A program made the translations under genes and the position numbers. A stretch of DNA of 64,000 nucleotides from Raillietiella orientalis (Eukaryota), in contig JAYWIR010000010.1 of assembly GCA_036172245.1 (NCBI GenBank), positions 3,844,001-3,908,000 of the forward strand. Direction: 5' to 3'. Under the pieces are notes generated by a model. It saw only the letters and a program-made list of their open reading frames with translations, did no database searches and was not told the DNA's origin. Below are positions 61,551 to 64,000 of the stretch, in pieces. The first letter of the stretch is position 1. Every line of letters starts with the position of its first letter.

Positions 61551-61979
61551 GACGAGGAACTCGGTCTACCTTGCGCTTCACCGTACTGGATGCTGCGGTC
61601 CGCTTACTACTCGAAAATATCAATCATTAATACATAATCTCTCATAAGTCCAGGTGCGCAGGGCATCCGACCTGCGTATCGGGCAGGTCGGGTCGGGGGT
61701 GTCCTTAGAGCCTCAGAAGTCTGGGTCCGGGAGGAAGGAAGAGGCCTGTGGCGCCTAGGTGAGTGAGGTCCCACGTCCTCGGAGCACCGCTTGGGCGACG
61801 ACGCTTTCGCCTCGCGGCCCCGCCCACACGCTCCGCTTGCCCGCCGCGGCGCAGGGACGCGCGCCGACCGTTCCTCTCTCTTCCCTGGGCGGCAGAACGG
61901 AGGGTCAAAAAGAAGAAGTCTTTTTTTCCGGGCTTTATTTCTTCTGCAAATTCCTCACCACCCTCCGGATTCGGCTTAC

Positions 61980-64000
61980 CCGATCTCCTTTTCCTCCTTG
62001 ATCGCCCTTTCGTCCAAACTGACTGCGAAAAGGACCACTGTGTCCCTCGCCTTTGCCGCACGTGTACGGAGATGCCACTCATTATGCGCCTGGTTAATCA
62101 CGGAAACATCCAGCTGCACCTTTCGCTCAGACTCATTGCGAGCTTTCCGGTGCCCATTTGCGCATGTCGAAACATTGGGAAGTGGTGGTTGATTAAGAGA
62201 TCTCATGAGCAGCTGCTCCATGTACCTGGAGGATGGATGTACGTACCCCTGGACAAAAAGCAGGGGTTGAGAAGAAATCTCCTCGTGGATCTGCTCTTGG
62301 CGCTCCTGGTAGACTGACTCCCGTTCGCTCCAGAGCCGTTGCTGAGCTCTCTGTGGTGCCGACGGCGGCACGCAGCCACAGCCATATCAGTCTCTGAAGG
62401 AAGAATGCCTTCCGAAAGCAAGGATAACCAAAATGGCCGATGGAACCGGTTCGTGCAGCGGCGCAGCTACACTTCTGTGGGAGTTCCACCTTTCGTTCGT
62501 TCGCGTGCGCTCCGTGTGCCCGCGTGCTTCCTCCTCTGCTGGAGCTTTGACGCCAATGCACTCCCCATCTGTTCCTCCTTGTGTTTCTTACTCGTTATGA
62601 GATAGCGTGAAACACAGACCGACAAACCCCGACGCTCTTCGAGCTTTGAGGAACAGTGGGAGAATCATAAAACCATGGCTGGCGTTTCCTCTTTGGCGTG
62701 AAAGGAACGGAAGTTTCCTCGTTCTGTAGTAAAAAGCACCATGATCTACGTCCCCAAATAACCTGATGAAGCGATTCAAGCATGAATCGGGGACCAAGTC
62801 AGCATTTACAAAGATTCTTGGAAACGGAGACAATTGGATACCAGCAGTAGAGACGAGTAAAAGAGAGAAAGGGAAATGGTGCACATGAAGGCCACCTTTC
62901 GTCCTTGCCGTGAGCTATATTTTATGCGTGGGGTCATCCTATTTCGAAGGACAAAATGTTCTTTCTGCTGGCTTTCTCGGAAGTTCATAGGATGCTCTTG
63001 AGAAATGGACCCAACCATGAGAAGCAGCAGCAGTCACTGCCAGCTCACTGCTGCTTTTCCATAGCGTCTCCTGACAGACGAAATCTGGCGACACGTGACA
63101 AGTTTCTTTTAGGGACCTTACCCAGGTGGCCAACCGTGTTCCCTTTTTTCTCTCGAGATTAAGCAGCGGGAAGGGCCACTGCTCTGACCCCTGGCTCTTG
63201 GGCAGGAAGAGGGGCAGAGCAGAATGGAGGATGGAAGTAACAGTGCGTCGTGCATGCGCGGGAGGCATCCCTTCAGTTTGGTTCTGTGGCTGCAGGAGAG
63301 GGCACAATCGGACCGGTGGAGACTCATGCCCTACTACACGAGGACCAGTTGCAGAGCTAAGACCAGAAGGTGCGGGAGGTGACAAGATCCATGCTGAGGC
63401 CATACGAGCGCTTCTCGTGGAAGATGGGATGGCACGCGTCCGTCTCGCTCAGGACAGGAATGCCCAGCTCGATCTTCCGGCTGGCCACCAGGAGCGAATC
63501 AACGCCGGACTCGTCCCATTAAGGCCTCTCACTTCCTCCTACACTTCCGGGCATTTCTTGACACTCTAACACTTACGACGTTGTTTTCCTTGTTCTCTTC
63601 CCGCTGCTTCCTTTCTCGGTACCACTTGACCCAGTGCGAAGTGTAGGCAGCGGAGAGGCCGCCTGGCATCCTCCCCACCTTACGAAGCATCCATCCGAGG
63701 GGGACTTCCGGTTTCATCGAGCATCCCTGGTACAGCAAACGGAGACAGAGACCTTCGTTTGTCTAACGAGGAAAGCCGCACTCTATGCGCGCCCTCAGCA
63801 GTGCGTTCTAGGATTCTTGGCCGAAAGCATCAGCATTTTTCCCCAGACTCCAAGACCCCCCTGGCATCTGGCAACAGGTCTGAGTGGTCCGTGAGGATGG
63901 CTCCTCAACGAAGATGAGGTAGGCAGCATTTAGCAGCATCTTTTCTTAGCCTCCACTCCTTTGTCAAGCATTCCGCCACTGCTACCATGCGATTACTGTA
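61980..64000 (-). mobile_element. Decayed Penelope-like element (PLE) reverse transcriptase
   Basis: Ordered PLE RT remnants: IPVLSETD...EKRSY (ADK region, ~63440), LPLFLPKSQG...WPFPLL...TRLATWV (LPKxHK..PLRPI..LA.W, ~63220-63120), STAGIQLSP (G.MG..SP), FIRLFGDVDH (RYVDD-like, ~62755), LCFTLSHNE (FT.E.E), GHFGYPCFRKAF...LRA (S.HP..K...RA thumb). GIY-YIG not clearly recognisable. 63500-64000 is assigned by position only. Confidence 0.65.

Noticed and set aside
63539..63576. 38-bp intron in the Penelope-like element (GTAAGT...TAG on the minus strand)
   Set aside because: No polypyrimidine tract, and splicing does not join the frame carrying the downstream RT-like motifs.

Overview
Eukaryotic (animal, probably invertebrate) genomic DNA, not prokaryotic. 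One protein-coding gene is clearly supported: a + strand LIM-domain-only gene (LMO1/LMO3/Beadex family). Its three core exons (32070/32079-32309, 32352-32477, 32527-32710) are separated by 42-bp and 49-bp GT-AG introns. Two in-phase upstream micro-exons (25203-25235, 26301-26335) probably supply the start codon. The gene lies in a largely TE-poor, microsatellite-rich stretch (about 15.8-33.8 kb); a second such stretch is at about 44.8-56.5 kb. The rest is heavily decayed retroelements. There are about 14 fragments of one APE-type non-LTR (LINE) family (zinc-knuckle ORF1, APE, RT, C-terminal CCHC ending in 'RW[S/P]HL'), Ty3/Gypsy relics with a tRNA-Leu-type PBS, and a Penelope-like RT relic at the right end. 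Main observations: (1) the LINE copies share a GC-rich terminal hairpin (AATAAACGCCCCGGCGTACCCGGGTG) that is far more conserved than the rest of the element; (2) these copies repeatedly abut or nest antisense into their own family; (3) a tRNA-like Pol III head is followed by an array of about 40-nt hairpins and then a LINE ORF1 relic (38.2-40.0 kb); (4) the LMO tail carries a PER2-like SSGYGS phosphodegron motif. All TE assignments are by-eye motif recognition in degenerate frames, no searches were run, and TE boundaries are approximate.
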